Shown: positions 18,043-32,671, counted from the stretch's first letter. The stretch: 64,000 bases of DNA from an uncultured Gammaproteobacteria bacterium (GCA_964416445.1 CAYQEE010000002.1:42691-106690), one strand, 5' to 3'. Numbers and translations are program-made. Notes: generated by a model not told the origin, from the sequence alone.

Positions 18043-19893
18043 CTTAAAATTAATATCTTGTACTCAATATTAAATTTTTACCTTTAATCTACGATTAAAT
18101 CCTTTCACATTCTGAATTGTAAATTTATTTCCTTTTCGTAAGAGATCTTTATTCAAAATAATAATAGAAACTAACACACCGTTCATTTTTCCATAAAAAT
18201 TTCTATTATCTATTTATATCAAAGAATACTAATCTATATCATTTAGCAGAATTTATAATGAATAAAAAATCGAGTATCATACGAGATAATAAGAGGCTTT
18301 GTTAAATCACTTAGTTAAATAAAAAGAGACTATAAAAAACAACCTACTCTTCAGTAAAAAATATCCACTCTCTACAATGACGTAAGATTAATTAAAAATA
18401 TTAAACCTTATCCATTCATCTAAATTAACTAAAGACTCTCCTTACGTGATTCTAGAGGCGCATAGAGATAAATCTTCTCATGAAATTATCAAATTTTAAT
18501 AATGAGTTACCTAATTGTATTAGCAATATTTTAGTCACCAAAATATTTAAAAATGAAGATCTATAATCCTATAGCCTTTTTTATAACATAAAACATTCTA
18601 CTAGCTGGTATATATCAATATATTAAGTAAAGATCTTTATGGTGATTTAATGTATCAATATTTAGATAAATAAACTTTACTATTTAAATAAAGCCAAAAA
18701 AACAAGTAGTCTTGTATAAATACCGGGCGATAAAACGAGTTTCATTTGTTTAATTAGTTATCTTTCTTATATACTTATATTTCTCACTATATTAGACTGA
18801 AAGCCATATAATAAACAAATTAGCAAAATAATGTTAAGGAGCTTAACTTTTATCTTCTACCCCACAGAAGTGATATCATTAATATTCAAAACTAATCCTT
18901 TTAAAAATCCTTGATTAAATTCCAAAGTTTAACATTAAAGAGAAATGTTATTTTGTCAAAGCATTCATAACTCAGTTGATATATTCCTTCAAACATACCA
19001 CCAATAAATAAACTATTATTTTTAGTAAATCATGACCAAAAGATATGCTTCACAATATTATCGATACGCAAAAGGCTTATATATCGATAGCAAAAATATT
19101 AATTTAATTACTTAAAAACTCAGGATAATGAGAGATTTAGCATAAATAATAGCATAATAATTGGACACAATTTGTTTTCTAAAAGAGGCTTTCGGACTAC
19201 TTGCCGCAACGCTTAGAAAACCTATAATAATTTTTGGCTTTGCGTGTGAAAATAATAAACAATAAAAAGACGATAAATTCTCCAATATGTATCATTTTTG
19301 TCTAAAACTATCAACCGAAGGGACGCATAGTTTTTTTGTTTAAAAAACTATCCCCTTTTTGGTGAAAACAAAAGCAACTAAACAAAACACAAGAGTTATA
19401 AATAGAAAACAGCACCTCAGCTAAAAACTGTATGACTTCAGAAAATATAGCAATAAAACACATGAATTGATAGCACCTGCCGTCTATCCAAATAGGTTAA
19501 TAACACAATATAAAGACTATGTACAAATTAATGCTTTATTACATTAGTTTTATACGATTCTTATAATTAATATTTTTCATGGTCACCTTTCATTCTTTTA
19601 AAATAGGTTTTCCCCATCCAAAATAAGCACTCAACAATACACTTTGCTATACTTTTTGCTTCAAAGCACTTTTTACTTTAAGCATAGTTTTAAACCCAAA
19701 AATATATCCTTATTAATGTAAATGAGACAAGTTTAATATCTAAACTAGGCAATGAGCAGATTACAAATATACTTACAATAAATCTTAAGGTAAGCAGTTA
19801 ATATAAACAATCAAAGAAACAAGTATATTTTGGGTTCAGTTGAAGTTAAGTACTCCATAAAAGTTCAATGACAAATAAAGAATCAAACTATTT

Positions 19894-20697
19894 TTATAAC
19901 GTGCTCTTTTTTGCAAATAATATTTTTCCTGAGGATGTTTGAATTACTCGAGAGACAATAACGTCAAGTGTATTTCCTAACTCATTGCTTCCTTTCTCGA
20001 CTACAATCATCGTACCATCTTCTAAATACCCTACCCCTTGAGAAGAATCTTTACCAGTATGCAATACTTTTACTTGAACATTTTCTCCAGGAATTGCAGC
20101 AACTTTTAAACTTTGTGCTAAAGCATGCATATTTATAGCTACAACGCCATGAACACTTGCTTTCTTTTCCAGATTATAGTCGCAGGTTATTATTTTCCCT
20201 TTATAAGCTTTTGCAGTTTTAATGAGAAGCTCATCTACTTCTTTATATTTATCTTTAATACTTTTATCTGTTGATACTACTACAATTTTTACACCTTTAC
20301 TTCGCTTTATCTTTTCTAATCTCTCTAACCCCTTTCTGCCCCTTTCTTTTTTTAAAGGATCTTTAGAGTCAGCTATATGCTTTAATTCAAGCAATATATC
20401 TTCAGTAATAACAACAACTCCACTAACAATCCCAATAACAATTACATCAAAAATTCTTGCATCAATTATAGCTGATGTATCTAAAAAGAATCCGCCTTGG
20501 GCCTGTTTGGATTTCTTAATTGGTTTTTTCTTTACTCTATTACTAAATTTGGGCATTCGCTTAATAACTAGCTTTGCAATTTCGTCGGCGAATGACCCCA
20601 TAATACTGGGATGAAAGGTTGACGGTCTTTCTGCTGAATCAACTAACGTTTTTTCTTCTTTTGAGTCTATTTTATTTACTTTCACGTCCTTGTCCAT
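19894..20697 (-). CDS. PIN/TRAM domain protein (YacL-like)
   Basis: LDTSAIIDAR, R.RKGLE.L, TCDYNL, QGVGYLEDGTMIVVE; downstream of radA as in many bacteria. Confidence 0.9.
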   Translation of the reverse strand: MDKDVKVNKIDSKEEKTLVDSAERPSTFHPSIMGSFADEIAKLVIKRMPKFSNRVKKKPIKKSKQAQGGFFLDTSAIIDARIFDVIVIGIVSGVVVITEDILLELKHIADSKDPLKKERGRKGLERLEKIKRSKGVKIVVVSTDKSIKDKYKEVDELLIKTAKAYKGKIITCDYNLEKKASVHGVVAINMHALAQSLKVAAIPGENVQVKVLHTGKDSSQGVGYLEDGTMIVVEKGSNELGNTLDVIVSRVIQTSSGKILFAKKSTL

Positions 20698-20707
20698 ATA
20701 TTAACAT

Positions 20708-22102
20708 TTACTCTTTATTTAATTTCCAGTGTCTTTCATCTTCCTGTTTCCAGGCTGTTTTTTCTTGCATGTGCCATCCTAGATCTTGCAAAACTGAACT
20801 TAATGATTTATGAGTTAGAGAAGTGATAATCGTTTGAAACCCTAGTTTTTTAGCTTCTCTCGTTCTTTTTTCAATTCCACCTACCCCACGTAATTCTCCT
20901 AATAACCCCACTTCTGCTATTCCTACTGTATTAGTAAGTGGTTTATTTTTCAAGCTCGAAAAAACTGCTAAACATATACCCAGATCTATTGCCGGATCAG
21001 ATACTTTTAACCCTCCAGCAACATTAACAAATACATCCATATTCTCTAAAGAGATTCTACATTGTTTCTGAAGTACGGCAAGAAGAAGTTCAAGACGTTT
21101 ATGATCGATTCCTGAAGCTACTCTTCTCGGCATTGCTAACTTCGAATAGACAACTAGTGCTTGTATTTCAATTAAAAAGGGTCTTGTACCTTCTAGTATA
21201 ACAACAAGAATTGAACCTGGGACAGATTCTTCTCGTTTCGTTAAAAATAATTGTTCTGGATTTTGGACTTCATTCATTCCTTCTCCCTCCATAACAAAAA
21301 CACCTACTTCATCTACAGGACCAAATCGGTTTTTTAAACTACGTAACAATCTCGTTTTAGTAAATTTTTCACCTTCTAAAAAGATAACGCTATCCACCAT
21401 ATGAGATAGTACCATTGGACCTGCAACCATTCCTTCTTTCGTGACATGACCAACAATTATTATTGGGATTCCCAACGATTTTCCAATTCTAATTAATTGT
21501 GTTGCTGCATATCGTACTTGCCCAACCGAACCAGATAATCCTGAAAGAGCCTCAGATTCTACTGTCTGAATTGAATCAACAACGACGATTGATGGCTTTT
21601 CCTTTGCAATAGCTTCAACAGCAGTATCTACATTTGAAAGAGAAAGTAATAAAAAGTTGTTATTATCAAGGTTTTGCGTAATTCGCAATGCGCGCAACTT
21701 AATTTGTTCGACAGATTCTTCACCTGAAATATAGAGTACTTTTTTACCTCTTTCTGCTATTTTTAGACATAATTGCAGTAATAAAGTTGACTTACCAATA
21801 CCGGGATCTCCAGCCAAAAGTGTAATAGAACCGGGAACAATACCACCGCCTAAAACATTATCCATTTCCCGATACCCTGTCTGAATTCTTTCCACTTCTT
21901 GTAAATTAATATCTTTTAGAGTTTTAGGAATAAGTGATTCTACGGACAGAGAACTATTTGAATGTATGTTCGTCTTCTGAAATTTTGGTTGTTGAAACTC
22001 TTTAAAAGAATTCCACGTATTACATTCAGGACATTTACCAAGCCATTGAGGGCTATCGTAACCGCATTCTTGACACACAAATGATATAGTAGTTTTAGGC
22101 AT
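20708..22102 (-). CDS. radA: DNA repair protein RadA/Sms
   Basis: CQECG...W.GKCPEC zinc finger, GDPGIGKSTL, VDSIQT, KNRFG. Confidence 0.97.
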   Translation of the reverse strand: MPKTTISFVCQECGYDSPQWLGKCPECNTWNSFKEFQQPKFQKTNIHSNSSLSVESLIPKTLKDINLQEVERIQTGYREMDNVLGGGIVPGSITLLAGDPGIGKSTLLLQLCLKIAERGKKVLYISGEESVEQIKLRALRITQNLDNNNFLLLSLSNVDTAVEAIAKEKPSIVVVDSIQTVESEALSGLSGSVGQVRYAATQLIRIGKSLGIPIIIVGHVTKEGMVAGPMVLSHMVDSVIFLEGEKFTKTRLLRSLKNRFGPVDEVGVFVMEGEGMNEVQNPEQLFLTKREESVPGSILVVILEGTRPFLIEIQALVVYSKLAMPRRVASGIDHKRLELLLAVLQKQCRISLENMDVFVNVAGGLKVSDPAIDLGICLAVFSSLKNKPLTNTVGIAEVGLLGELRGVGGIEKRTREAKKLGFQTIITSLTHKSLSSVLQDLGWHMQEKTAWKQEDERHWKLNKE

Positions 22103-22160
22103 ATAGACTATATTGTACTACTAACAGCCTCGAAGAGCCAGCGGAAGAAAAATAAATATA

Positions 22161-23255
22161 TTATCGATAGGTTAAGGGTTTCTCGAGAAGAACTGGAGTT
22201 AAATAAACTCTATGTTTTTTTACATCAGTTTGACTCACGGTTAATGTGACTTTTTGACCTATCTCATATTTTGTTGTAGGTGGGATTTTTTCTTTTCTAA
22301 TAAACCCTTCTATACCTTCTTCTTCCATATCAATGACGACGCCAGTATCGCTAATCTTAGAGACTGTCCCTGTCACTTTCTGGTCAACTTTATATTGCTT
22401 TAAGATTTCTTCAAATGGGTCATTTGTTAACCGTTTAATTGATAGGTCAACTCTTTTTGCACTTGAATCAAAACCAACTACTTGAGCTTCAATAGTATCA
22501 CCTATTGCATAAATTGCTGCTAAATCTGAAACTTTATCCCATGAGACTTCTGATATATGAATAAATCCATCAAGAAATGTATCTTTCTTTTCTTTATCTT
22601 TAACCTGAATACTGAGAAATAATCCAAAAGGAGCAATATGTGCGACGATCACTGATACTTTTTCTCCTATTTTTAAAGATTTTGCAAGCTCATCAAAATC
22701 TTTAGATCCAAGCACGGTTTTTTGGGAAACAATAAGCTTATGTGTTTCAGGATGGATTTCTGCAATCATGACATTAAGAGTACTTCCAATAATTTCTTGG
22801 GTGTTTTGTTGAAATGATATGTGGGAATTTGGTAAAAATCCATCTAAACCTTCTTTGGTTTCTACAATATATCCTCCCTTAGTTGCATTCTTGATCATTA
22901 CATCAATTTTTTCATGATTTTTTTCTGTTTCAATAAGCTTATTCCACATATTACTGTCAATATACTTTCGGAGAGATACTACTGAATTACCCGTGTCAGA
23001 TTCTGGATTTAAAACGGTTACCGTTACTGTATCCCCAACCTTTAAAAGAGACATCATTGCTCGAATATATTTTCTTTCTTTCTCTAAGACAACTGCTTCG
23101 GTTTTTGCATTAATATCAAGTAATATTTCACTTGGAGTTAATTTGGTAATAACACCTTTAATTTCTTCTCCCTTATGTAATGTAATGAGTGGTGATTTAT
23201 GACTGGCCATTAATTCGGCCATTGAAGATGCACCTTTAGAAGATTTTGTATTCAC
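22161..23255 (-). CDS. rpsA: 30S ribosomal protein S1 (four S1 domains)
   Basis: Repeated S1 motifs including GFLPNSHI and DGFIHISEVSW...VDLSIKRL..DPF. Confidence 0.8.
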   Translation of the reverse strand: MNTKSSKGASSMAELMASHKSPLITLHKGEEIKGVITKLTPSEILLDINAKTEAVVLEKERKYIRAMMSLLKVGDTVTVTVLNPESDTGNSVVSLRKYIDSNMWNKLIETEKNHEKIDVMIKNATKGGYIVETKEGLDGFLPNSHISFQQNTQEIIGSTLNVMIAEIHPETHKLIVSQKTVLGSKDFDELAKSLKIGEKVSVIVAHIAPFGLFLSIQVKDKEKKDTFLDGFIHISEVSWDKVSDLAAIYAIGDTIEAQVVGFDSSAKRVDLSIKRLTNDPFEEILKQYKVDQKVTGTVSKISDTGVVIDMEEEGIEGFIRKEKIPPTTKYEIGQKVTLTVSQTDVKKHRVYLTPVLLEKPLTYR

Positions 23256-23371
23256 GATTCATGTATACCTTTCGACTTAAGATAAAACTATTATACTACT
23301 AAAATAGTTGAGACGCAATTGATGAAATTACTTTTTACTAAAAAATAGGTTTTTTTATATGATACTTATAC

Positions 23372-23400
23372 AAAAAATCCCGCTTAATAGCGGGATTTTT
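23372..23400 (-). terminator. rRNA unit intrinsic terminator
   Basis: AAAAAATCCCGC-TTAATA-GCGGGATTTTT just downstream of 5S. Confidence 0.85.
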
Positions 23401-23418
23401 ATGTTTTTGTACTTAAGT

Positions 23419-23540
23419 TCTCCGGCCTTGACCCATTGTCCCGATGAGCTAGGCTCACAAGTATCGTAGGCGCTGAAGTGTTTCACTTCTCTGTTCGGAA
23501 TGGGAAGAGGTGGTGCCACTTCGCTCCAAAGACCGAAAGA
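23419..23540 (-). rRNA. rrf: 5S rRNA
   Basis: Minus strand contains CCACCTCTTCCCATTCCGAACAGAGAAGTGAAAC and complementary ends; boundaries approximate. Confidence 0.92.
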
Positions 23541-23604
23541 CTTCAGTACAAAAACAATTACAAAGAGTTGAAGCTCTCTGAAAAGTAAAGAGAAGAAGAA
23601 TCTA

Positions 23605-26878
<3,274 letters not shown>

Positions 26879-26926
26879 TAAAATGTTAATATGCATTAAC
26901 ACTAAAAAGACCTTCTTCTCCTCACT

Positions 26927-26938
26927 TGTCAAAGAGCT
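26927..26938 (-). promoter_or_regulatory. boxA-like antitermination element within the 23S processing stem
   Basis: Minus strand GCTCTTTGACAA; surrounding 26912-26940 is complementary to 23570-23598 after the 23S. Confidence 0.55.
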
Positions 26939-27002
26939 TCTCTCATTATCATCTAAGGTAAACCCCCTCTTTCTAGGGGGCTTGCCCTAGATGATACTTA
27001 AG

Positions 27003-27075
27003 TGGACCGGAAGAGATTCGAACTCTCGACCTTCGCGATGCAAACGCGACGCTCTACCAGCTAAGCTACCGGCCC
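27003..27075 (-). tRNA. tRNA-Ala(TGC)
   Basis: GGGCCGG...CCGGTCCA, anticodon arm TCGCG-TTTGCAT-CGCGA, GTTCGAATC. Confidence 0.95.
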
Positions 27076-27222
27076 AAACGCCATAATACTTCCGATCCAA
27101 ATTAAAAATTTATTTTTCAAGCGGAAATCAATTTAAATTATGAGACGATATGAAGACCCTACTGCGGGATTACAAAATATATGAAAAGACTTCTCATAAA
27201 ACGAATTGAGTTTCCATGAATG

Positions 27223-27251
27223 ATAGTAGCACAGGATTTTGAGGCTGTCAA
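27223..27251 (-). promoter_or_regulatory. Promoter of the tRNA-Ala-23S-5S unit
   Basis: TTGACA (27251-27246), 17-nt spacer, TACTAT (27228-27223) with TG extension. Confidence 0.75.
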
Positions 27252-27307
27252 CGGGGAAAAATTATTTACTTTATCTTAACGTTTAGAATATACTAATTAT
27301 ACCATTT

Positions 27308-30300
27308 ATGATTGAATTAGATCAAGCTCCCGCACCAAAACCACTAGCAAAACCAGCAAAAGTTAAAGTAAAACCAATATCCGAAAGAGTAACTACAAGC
27401 GCTCGTGATACATTAGAGAAAATGTTTGGATTGGCTCCATTACTCCCCGCGCCGACGAAAACTCCTGATAAAAAAAACAAAAAACCACCTGAGGTGGATA
27501 TTACTCGCCAACCTACACAAAAATTGCCAAGTATAGATATCGAAGACCAACCGACTCAAATCTTACCACGTATAGATATGACCCGCCAACCTACACAAAA
27601 ATTGCCGAGTATAGATATTGAAGACCAACCGACTCAAATCTTACCACGAATTGAGCTATCTCTCCCTCATACTAATGAAGCTCCTGTACAGTTTGATTAT
27701 CCCCCCCTGCCACCAATGGAACCGCATCATCCCGAGAATGAACCTATTCAGCAAGAAGAACGTTTTCCAAATATGGATAATGAATACATGCAAAAGGCAC
27801 AGCAATATCTAGAGCCTGTTATGTTAGCACCAGCTTTAGAATCTACCTTTCAGTATCTTTCAGAAACAAGAGACCTTGATTTTGATTTTAACTCTGAACG
27901 ATATAAACAAATCCATGAAATTACAGATAAAATGAGCGAAGGATTTTTGTTTAAACCCAGAGTGGTTATTATGCGAAAAGGCAACGATGCATTCATTGGA
28001 TCTGATGGCACTATATTTCTTGCTCAAGGATTAATAAATAAACTTGATACGTTAGACGAAGTTGGAGCAGTTTTAGCTCATGAAATTAATCACCTTATTC
28101 ATATGGATGTTTGGCGTACTAACTCAAATAATGCACGACTATTAGATTATGAGGCCGTCGGTTGGTTACAAGAATTTGCAGCCGATATTGGAACAATGAA
28201 ACTCTTGGAAAAAGCTGGTCTTTCATCAGATGCATTTCGGACTGCAATTATGAAACTCGATTCAACAAAAGGTTTTACGCACCAAAGTGGTGGCATGCGT
28301 GCATTAGAAGTACAATTAGGACATGAAATTTGGAATTATGACACGAGTGATCAACCGCAACAACCAATGCCTGAGACATGGAAACAGCAAAGCAGGCTAA
28401 CAAACCTCGAAATTATAAATAATGGGAAACATAAGAGAGATTATGGTTACTACCCTGACGGAAAAAATCCAGAGGTATTTGCCGCATTAGCAAAGTTACA
28501 TAGAGTAGATTTAGAAAAACTTTACTCGCAAGATAATCGTCTTGATTATAACTTTGGGGAAAGTGTCATAAGATTTTTGTCTGAACGATTACGCACATAT
28601 GGATATACCGAAAGTCAAATCCTCACTTACTTTAGTTCATCATTAAAAGATGTAAATTTTGCAATTATAAAGGAGCCAGAACAGGCGGTTGACGTATTTG
28701 ATCATTTACATGAATATATTAACGATAAAACAAATGAAAAAATAGAAAACGACCTTTTTGGAATAAAACCGAACAAATGGCGTGAGGCAACAACATTTCC
28801 ACTTGCTAGCCTTCTTTATAAGCTTATGAAAAATATAAAAGTTGGGAATTCTTGGCACTCAGAAGAATTGCCAGTTACCGAAGATAGTTTTATTCATATC
28901 CTCCAAAAAATCTCAGAATTTGAAAAACTTAGTTTTGGTATTACTGCTGAAACGTATATTACAAAAGCAGTTCTTGAATTTATAGATTCCGAATTCTCTC
29001 ATGGCTGGTGGGAGAATGGAAAGGAAGTTAATTTACCAAAGACAAAAGCGTTTTTATACAAATTAAAGGCTGCTCATATTCCCATAAAAACAGAGCAAGT
29101 AATTAGCAACTATCAACTTGATTATGGTCTCTTAGCACGACATCATTTTAGAGATACTGATTATCTGAATATCATTGATTTTTTGGAAACAGAGTATGAA
29201 GGAAAACCTCGGACAAGTATTGAAGAGAAAATTGATACATTTTTCCAAGATATGTCTCGTGGACCAAAATCTCAAGAGGATATCAATAAACAAGGAGCTC
29301 AAGTAAAGGATTTTTTGTTGCGACTTAAGTTTGATTTTAATCGGGAAGAGATTCCTGAACATATCCGAATTACGTATATAACAGATATTTTAACTCGAAT
29401 TAATGGATCAAATTATGCAGTATCTGATAATATGGTAAAGTATTTAAAAAATAACTTTCCATCGGTTATCAGTTCTGGCTTAACTCCACCAGAATTGCTT
29501 TATCATAATCAGACACAAAATGGCGATACATTTATTATTTCACCTGATATGCAGGAAGATCTTATCACTTTATTAAAACCGGAGAATCTTGAACGATATA
29601 ATCAAAAGATTCAAGCAAATATACAAAAAATGATTAAATTTAACTTACAATTAATGACCATTAAAAGTCTCTTTAAAGAGGATTCACAAGGATACTACGA
29701 CACAATAGTCAAAATAATGAACGAAAGTGGTATTAACAGTAACAATATAGCTTTCTCTGAACTAATGCATTTATCCAGCCCACTTTTTAAGAATGATAAA
29801 TATTTTAACAATTATCAATTATTATTATCGGGTGGAAGTTTCGATAAAAGTGTTGCCTCAGTAGACTGTAATAACTATGATCTTCTAACACAACTACCAT
29901 TTATAAAAGACCTCATCGATAGAAATAAAGAAATTTCCGTAAATTCTATGGACGAACTCTATAATTATACAAATAATCTTACTATGTCTTTAGAAGGTAT
30001 ACCCGGTTTTCGAAGGGAATTATTTTCAGATTCTCTAACTACGTTAATTATCACAAAACCAATTCAAGAGGCATACTTACGATTACTAAAGCAAGGGATT
30101 CCTGAGAATCAACTCTCTGCACAATATAAATTTATTCGTGATTATTTTCCTGAAGACCCCGGTAAAAAGGGCTTTTTAAAAGAATACAATTTAAAAATCC
30201 TTTCATCCCCTAGCCTTTCACTCCAACATAAAATAAATCATTTACGTGAGAATATTCGATACATTGGACCTGAAGGACTTATTATTCTTGGTGAACAAAT

Positions 30301-32671
30301 ACAAACTATTGAAGAATACCGCCAATTTCGATACGCAATGGGTGAAGAAATTAAAAAATATTTATCTCCTTCTTCACTTTTAACACAAATAGCAGCAGCA
30401 GACTATTTATCAATGTATTTTAACCGGGGATTTGACTTGATCGCCTCTTGTGATTCGTCAGATGAAGCAAAAGTTCGCGAATCAACAAAGTTAGCCGAAG
30501 AATGGGTAACAAATTTCTTTACCCGTGTGTACTATTCTTCAGAACATCTTGAATATTTACATCGAGAAACAACAAAAGTTGAGTATGACCCTGTTAGTGG
30601 AAAAATCGTCCTTGATGATATAAGAAAAAAAGTATTCCGCTCATATCATGATCTTCTTAATATTTTACATGATTTAACACCTTCACAACGTTTTGCAATC
30701 GCGAGCAAATTACTTGTGGAGGAACCACATGGAGCACTCGTTACTTCGGAAAATAGATCTAAACTAGCAACCTATTTGAATGATGCTTTGCAAGCAAAAG
30801 GATTTATGAAGATTGCTCTCGAACAGGCAATTATTAATGGCGATCAAACACTTCTCGCTTTACCTGCTGCTGCAATGATTGGTCCATTACTATTTACTGG
30901 CTATGATGAACAAGCAATTAATTATTCAAAAGTCATGCAGACTGAAGTTGAAGATCCAACTCCAGAACAATATGCAAAAATCCCTTTTAGTAATCTTATT
31001 CCGAATCAAAGAATTCCCTCACTTATGCAATCAACTACTCAAGATATCGTCTTCTTTGGTAGAGAATATAAAAATTATCCACAATCAGTCGTTTACCAAT
31101 TGGCTGAAGGATCTCGAGAACGATATTACGAAATTTATGCATATCTTGAAAAACAAACACGAAATTTAGCAGGAAAACCAGAAACCCCTGAAAAACAAAC
31201 AGCGAGTTATAAAGGTGTCGAAGCAGTAATTAGTGGGATCCAAAAAGCGAGTGCATTAGGCGTACGGGCACTTCAATTAACAAGTCAATTTTTTCATTTC
31301 TCCTCTCCAGAATTAAACAAGCGACTCGCTGAAAGTTTTGATAATAATCCTGGTATGAATAAACTTGTTTTTTGGGAAAACTTATATAAGATGGCAGAAG
31401 ATGGTAAAACGAATCCAAAATATAAATTTTATGAAGACTTTGTCTGGACAGACCATAACGAACCTACGAAAGAAGGAGAATATAAACTGGTAAGTATTGG
31501 AGACGCACTTGGACAAGGAAGCTTATTTACTACTCGAGCAGCAAAAATAGTAGACCGGAATGGAAATATTAAAGACGTTGCTCTCAAGCAATTAAATCCG
31601 AATGCAGTGAAACATATCGAGGATTATTATAAATTAGGTATGAATACACTTGAACAAGTTATACTCCATGGTACTCCCGAAGAAGTTTATTATGCAAATA
31701 TGGCAAAAATGATTCTCGATTTATCCCAAAATTGGTGTTTAAAAGATATTAATGATAAAGATTTTGATAAAAATGATGAATTATTTAGAAGTGCAATCAT
31801 AGCTGTTTATAACCAACAAGAAGGAAATAATGCCGTTTTTGCTCCTGTTGTATACTTCAATCAATTTAATATGCAATGTGAAGAACTTGTTAGTAATGGA
31901 GTAACATTAAATAAATTTTTGCATAGCAATAAACCAGCTGCAGAAATCAAAAAAACAATTAATCAAGTTGTTAACTTCTATCAGTTTCAAATGCATGCAA
32001 AACCTGCTATGCAAATTGAAGGAAAGGATCATTACATTGTTCATTCAGATCCAAATATTGGAAATTTCATAGTAGGAAGAGATGACAATGCTGTAGCCGT
32101 TTTGGATAGAAGAATGTATCTTATTTTAAATGATACTCAGATGAACGTGGGAAGAAAAGTCCTCGAAGGTGCTTCACGAGAAGAACTATTTCAAGCTTTT
32201 ATTGAAGCAGTTTGTGAAGATAATAATATTCGAACTCCTGAAGAGAAACTAATAATTTCACGAAATGTATTATATTCCGTGGGAAATCATTTGGGATTAT
32301 CTGCAGCAACTTTAAAACGAGAAGAATCTTTTTCTGAAAAACTATCATTATTCGGTAGTTCGCTTCGTTCCATGCCAAAAGGTATACGTTCTCTTTCCGG
32401 AGCGATGAAACAACTCAATGAAACAGCATCTGATGAAACAGAACCAAATAAAGTTCAACGAGCATTGAGATTACAAAGAGAGCTAAATAAACTAAAAATT
32501 CTAGGAAAAAGAATAAGTAGAAAAAGTGTCAAATCTCTTGATTCAATGGAATTTCTCCAAATCGCTGTCGAAAAATTATCTCAACAACAAATACATGTCT
32601 CATTAAATACCCAGCTTGCTGTGAGAAATGCGTCTGCTATGAGAGAATTGCAACAAAGATATGCTGCGTAG
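27308..32671 (+). CDS. 1787-aa protein: M48-like zinc metallopeptidase fused to a C-terminal ABC1/AarF-like atypical kinase
   Basis: NDAF...GTIFL..GL...DEVGAVLAHEINH (aa ~258), QEFAAD, FTH; kinase GQGSLF, VALK (aa ~1424), HSDPNIGN (aa ~1579), VLD. Confidence 0.75.
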   Translation: MIELDQAPAPKPLAKPAKVKVKPISERVTTSARDTLEKMFGLAPLLPAPTKTPDKKNKKPPEVDITRQPTQKLPSIDIEDQPTQILPRIDMTRQPTQKLPSIDIEDQPTQILPRIELSLPHTNEAPVQFDYPPLPPMEPHHPENEPIQQEERFPNMDNEYMQKAQQYLEPVMLAPALESTFQYLSETRDLDFDFNSERYKQIHEITDKMSEGFLFKPRVVIMRKGNDAFIGSDGTIFLAQGLINKLDTLDEVGAVLAHEINHLIHMDVWRTNSNNARLLDYEAVGWLQEFAADIGTMKLLEKAGLSSDAFRTAIMKLDSTKGFTHQSGGMRALEVQLGHEIWNYDTSDQPQQPMPETWKQQSRLTNLEIINNGKHKRDYGYYPDGKNPEVFAALAKLHRVDLEKLYSQDNRLDYNFGESVIRFLSERLRTYGYTESQILTYFSSSLKDVNFAIIKEPEQAVDVFDHLHEYINDKTNEKIENDLFGIKPNKWREATTFPLASLLYKLMKNIKVGNSWHSEELPVTEDSFIHILQKISEFEKLSFGITAETYITKAVLEFIDSEFSHGWWENGKEVNLPKTKAFLYKLKAAHIPIKTEQVISNYQLDYGLLARHHFRDTDYLNIIDFLETEYEGKPRTSIEEKIDTFFQDMSRGPKSQEDINKQGAQVKDFLLRLKFDFNREEIPEHIRITYITDILTRINGSNYAVSDNMVKYLKNNFPSVISSGLTPPELLYHNQTQNGDTFIISPDMQEDLITLLKPENLERYNQKIQANIQKMIKFNLQLMTIKSLFKEDSQGYYDTIVKIMNESGINSNNIAFSELMHLSSPLFKNDKYFNNYQLLLSGGSFDKSVASVDCNNYDLLTQLPFIKDLIDRNKEISVNSMDELYNYTNNLTMSLEGIPGFRRELFSDSLTTLIITKPIQEAYLRLLKQGIPENQLSAQYKFIRDYFPEDPGKKGFLKEYNLKILSSPSLSLQHKINHLRENIRYIGPEGLIILGEQIQTIEEYRQFRYAMGEEIKKYLSPSSLLTQIAAADYLSMYFNRGFDLIASCDSSDEAKVRESTKLAEEWVTNFFTRVYYSSEHLEYLHRETTKVEYDPVSGKIVLDDIRKKVFRSYHDLLNILHDLTPSQRFAIASKLLVEEPHGALVTSENRSKLATYLNDALQAKGFMKIALEQAIINGDQTLLALPAAAMIGPLLFTGYDEQAINYSKVMQTEVEDPTPEQYAKIPFSNLIPNQRIPSLMQSTTQDIVFFGREYKNYPQSVVYQLAEGSRERYYEIYAYLEKQTRNLAGKPETPEKQTASYKGVEAVISGIQKASALGVRALQLTSQFFHFSSPELNKRLAESFDNNPGMNKLVFWENLYKMAEDGKTNPKYKFYEDFVWTDHNEPTKEGEYKLVSIGDALGQGSLFTTRAAKIVDRNGNIKDVALKQLNPNAVKHIEDYYKLGMNTLEQVILHGTPEEVYYANMAKMILDLSQNWCLKDINDKDFDKNDELFRSAIIAVYNQQEGNNAVFAPVVYFNQFNMQCEELVSNGVTLNKFLHSNKPAAEIKKTINQVVNFYQFQMHAKPAMQIEGKDHYIVHSDPNIGNFIVGRDDNAVAVLDRRMYLILNDTQMNVGRKVLEGASREELFQAFIEAVCEDNNIRTPEEKLIISRNVLYSVGNHLGLSAATLKREESFSEKLSLFGSSLRSMPKGIRSLSGAMKQLNETASDETEPNKVQRALRLQRELNKLKILGKRISRKSVKSLDSMEFLQIAVEKLSQQQIHVSLNTQLAVRNASAMRELQQRYAA
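27497..27652 (+). repeat. Tandem 78-nt coding repeat (2 x 26 aa, built from 4 x 13 aa)
   Basis: D(I/M)TRQPTQKLPSIDIEDQPTQILPRI twice, near-identical DNA. Confidence 0.92.

Noticed and set aside
17447-19893. Replication origin (perfect DnaA box TTATCCACA at 17481-17489 in a long AT-rich gap)
   Set aside because: Only one perfect box, other candidates have two mismatches; no dnaA/dnaN nearby; by eye the plus strand stays C-rich on both sides (skew not computed)
26948-26996. Long hairpin between tRNA-Ala and 23S as a separate ncRNA
   Set aside because: Most simply a spacer/processing structure of the rRNA precursor
27497-27652. CRISPR-like or DGR-like repeat
   Set aside because: Contiguous in-frame coding repeats with no spacers; no cas or reverse transcriptase gene in the window
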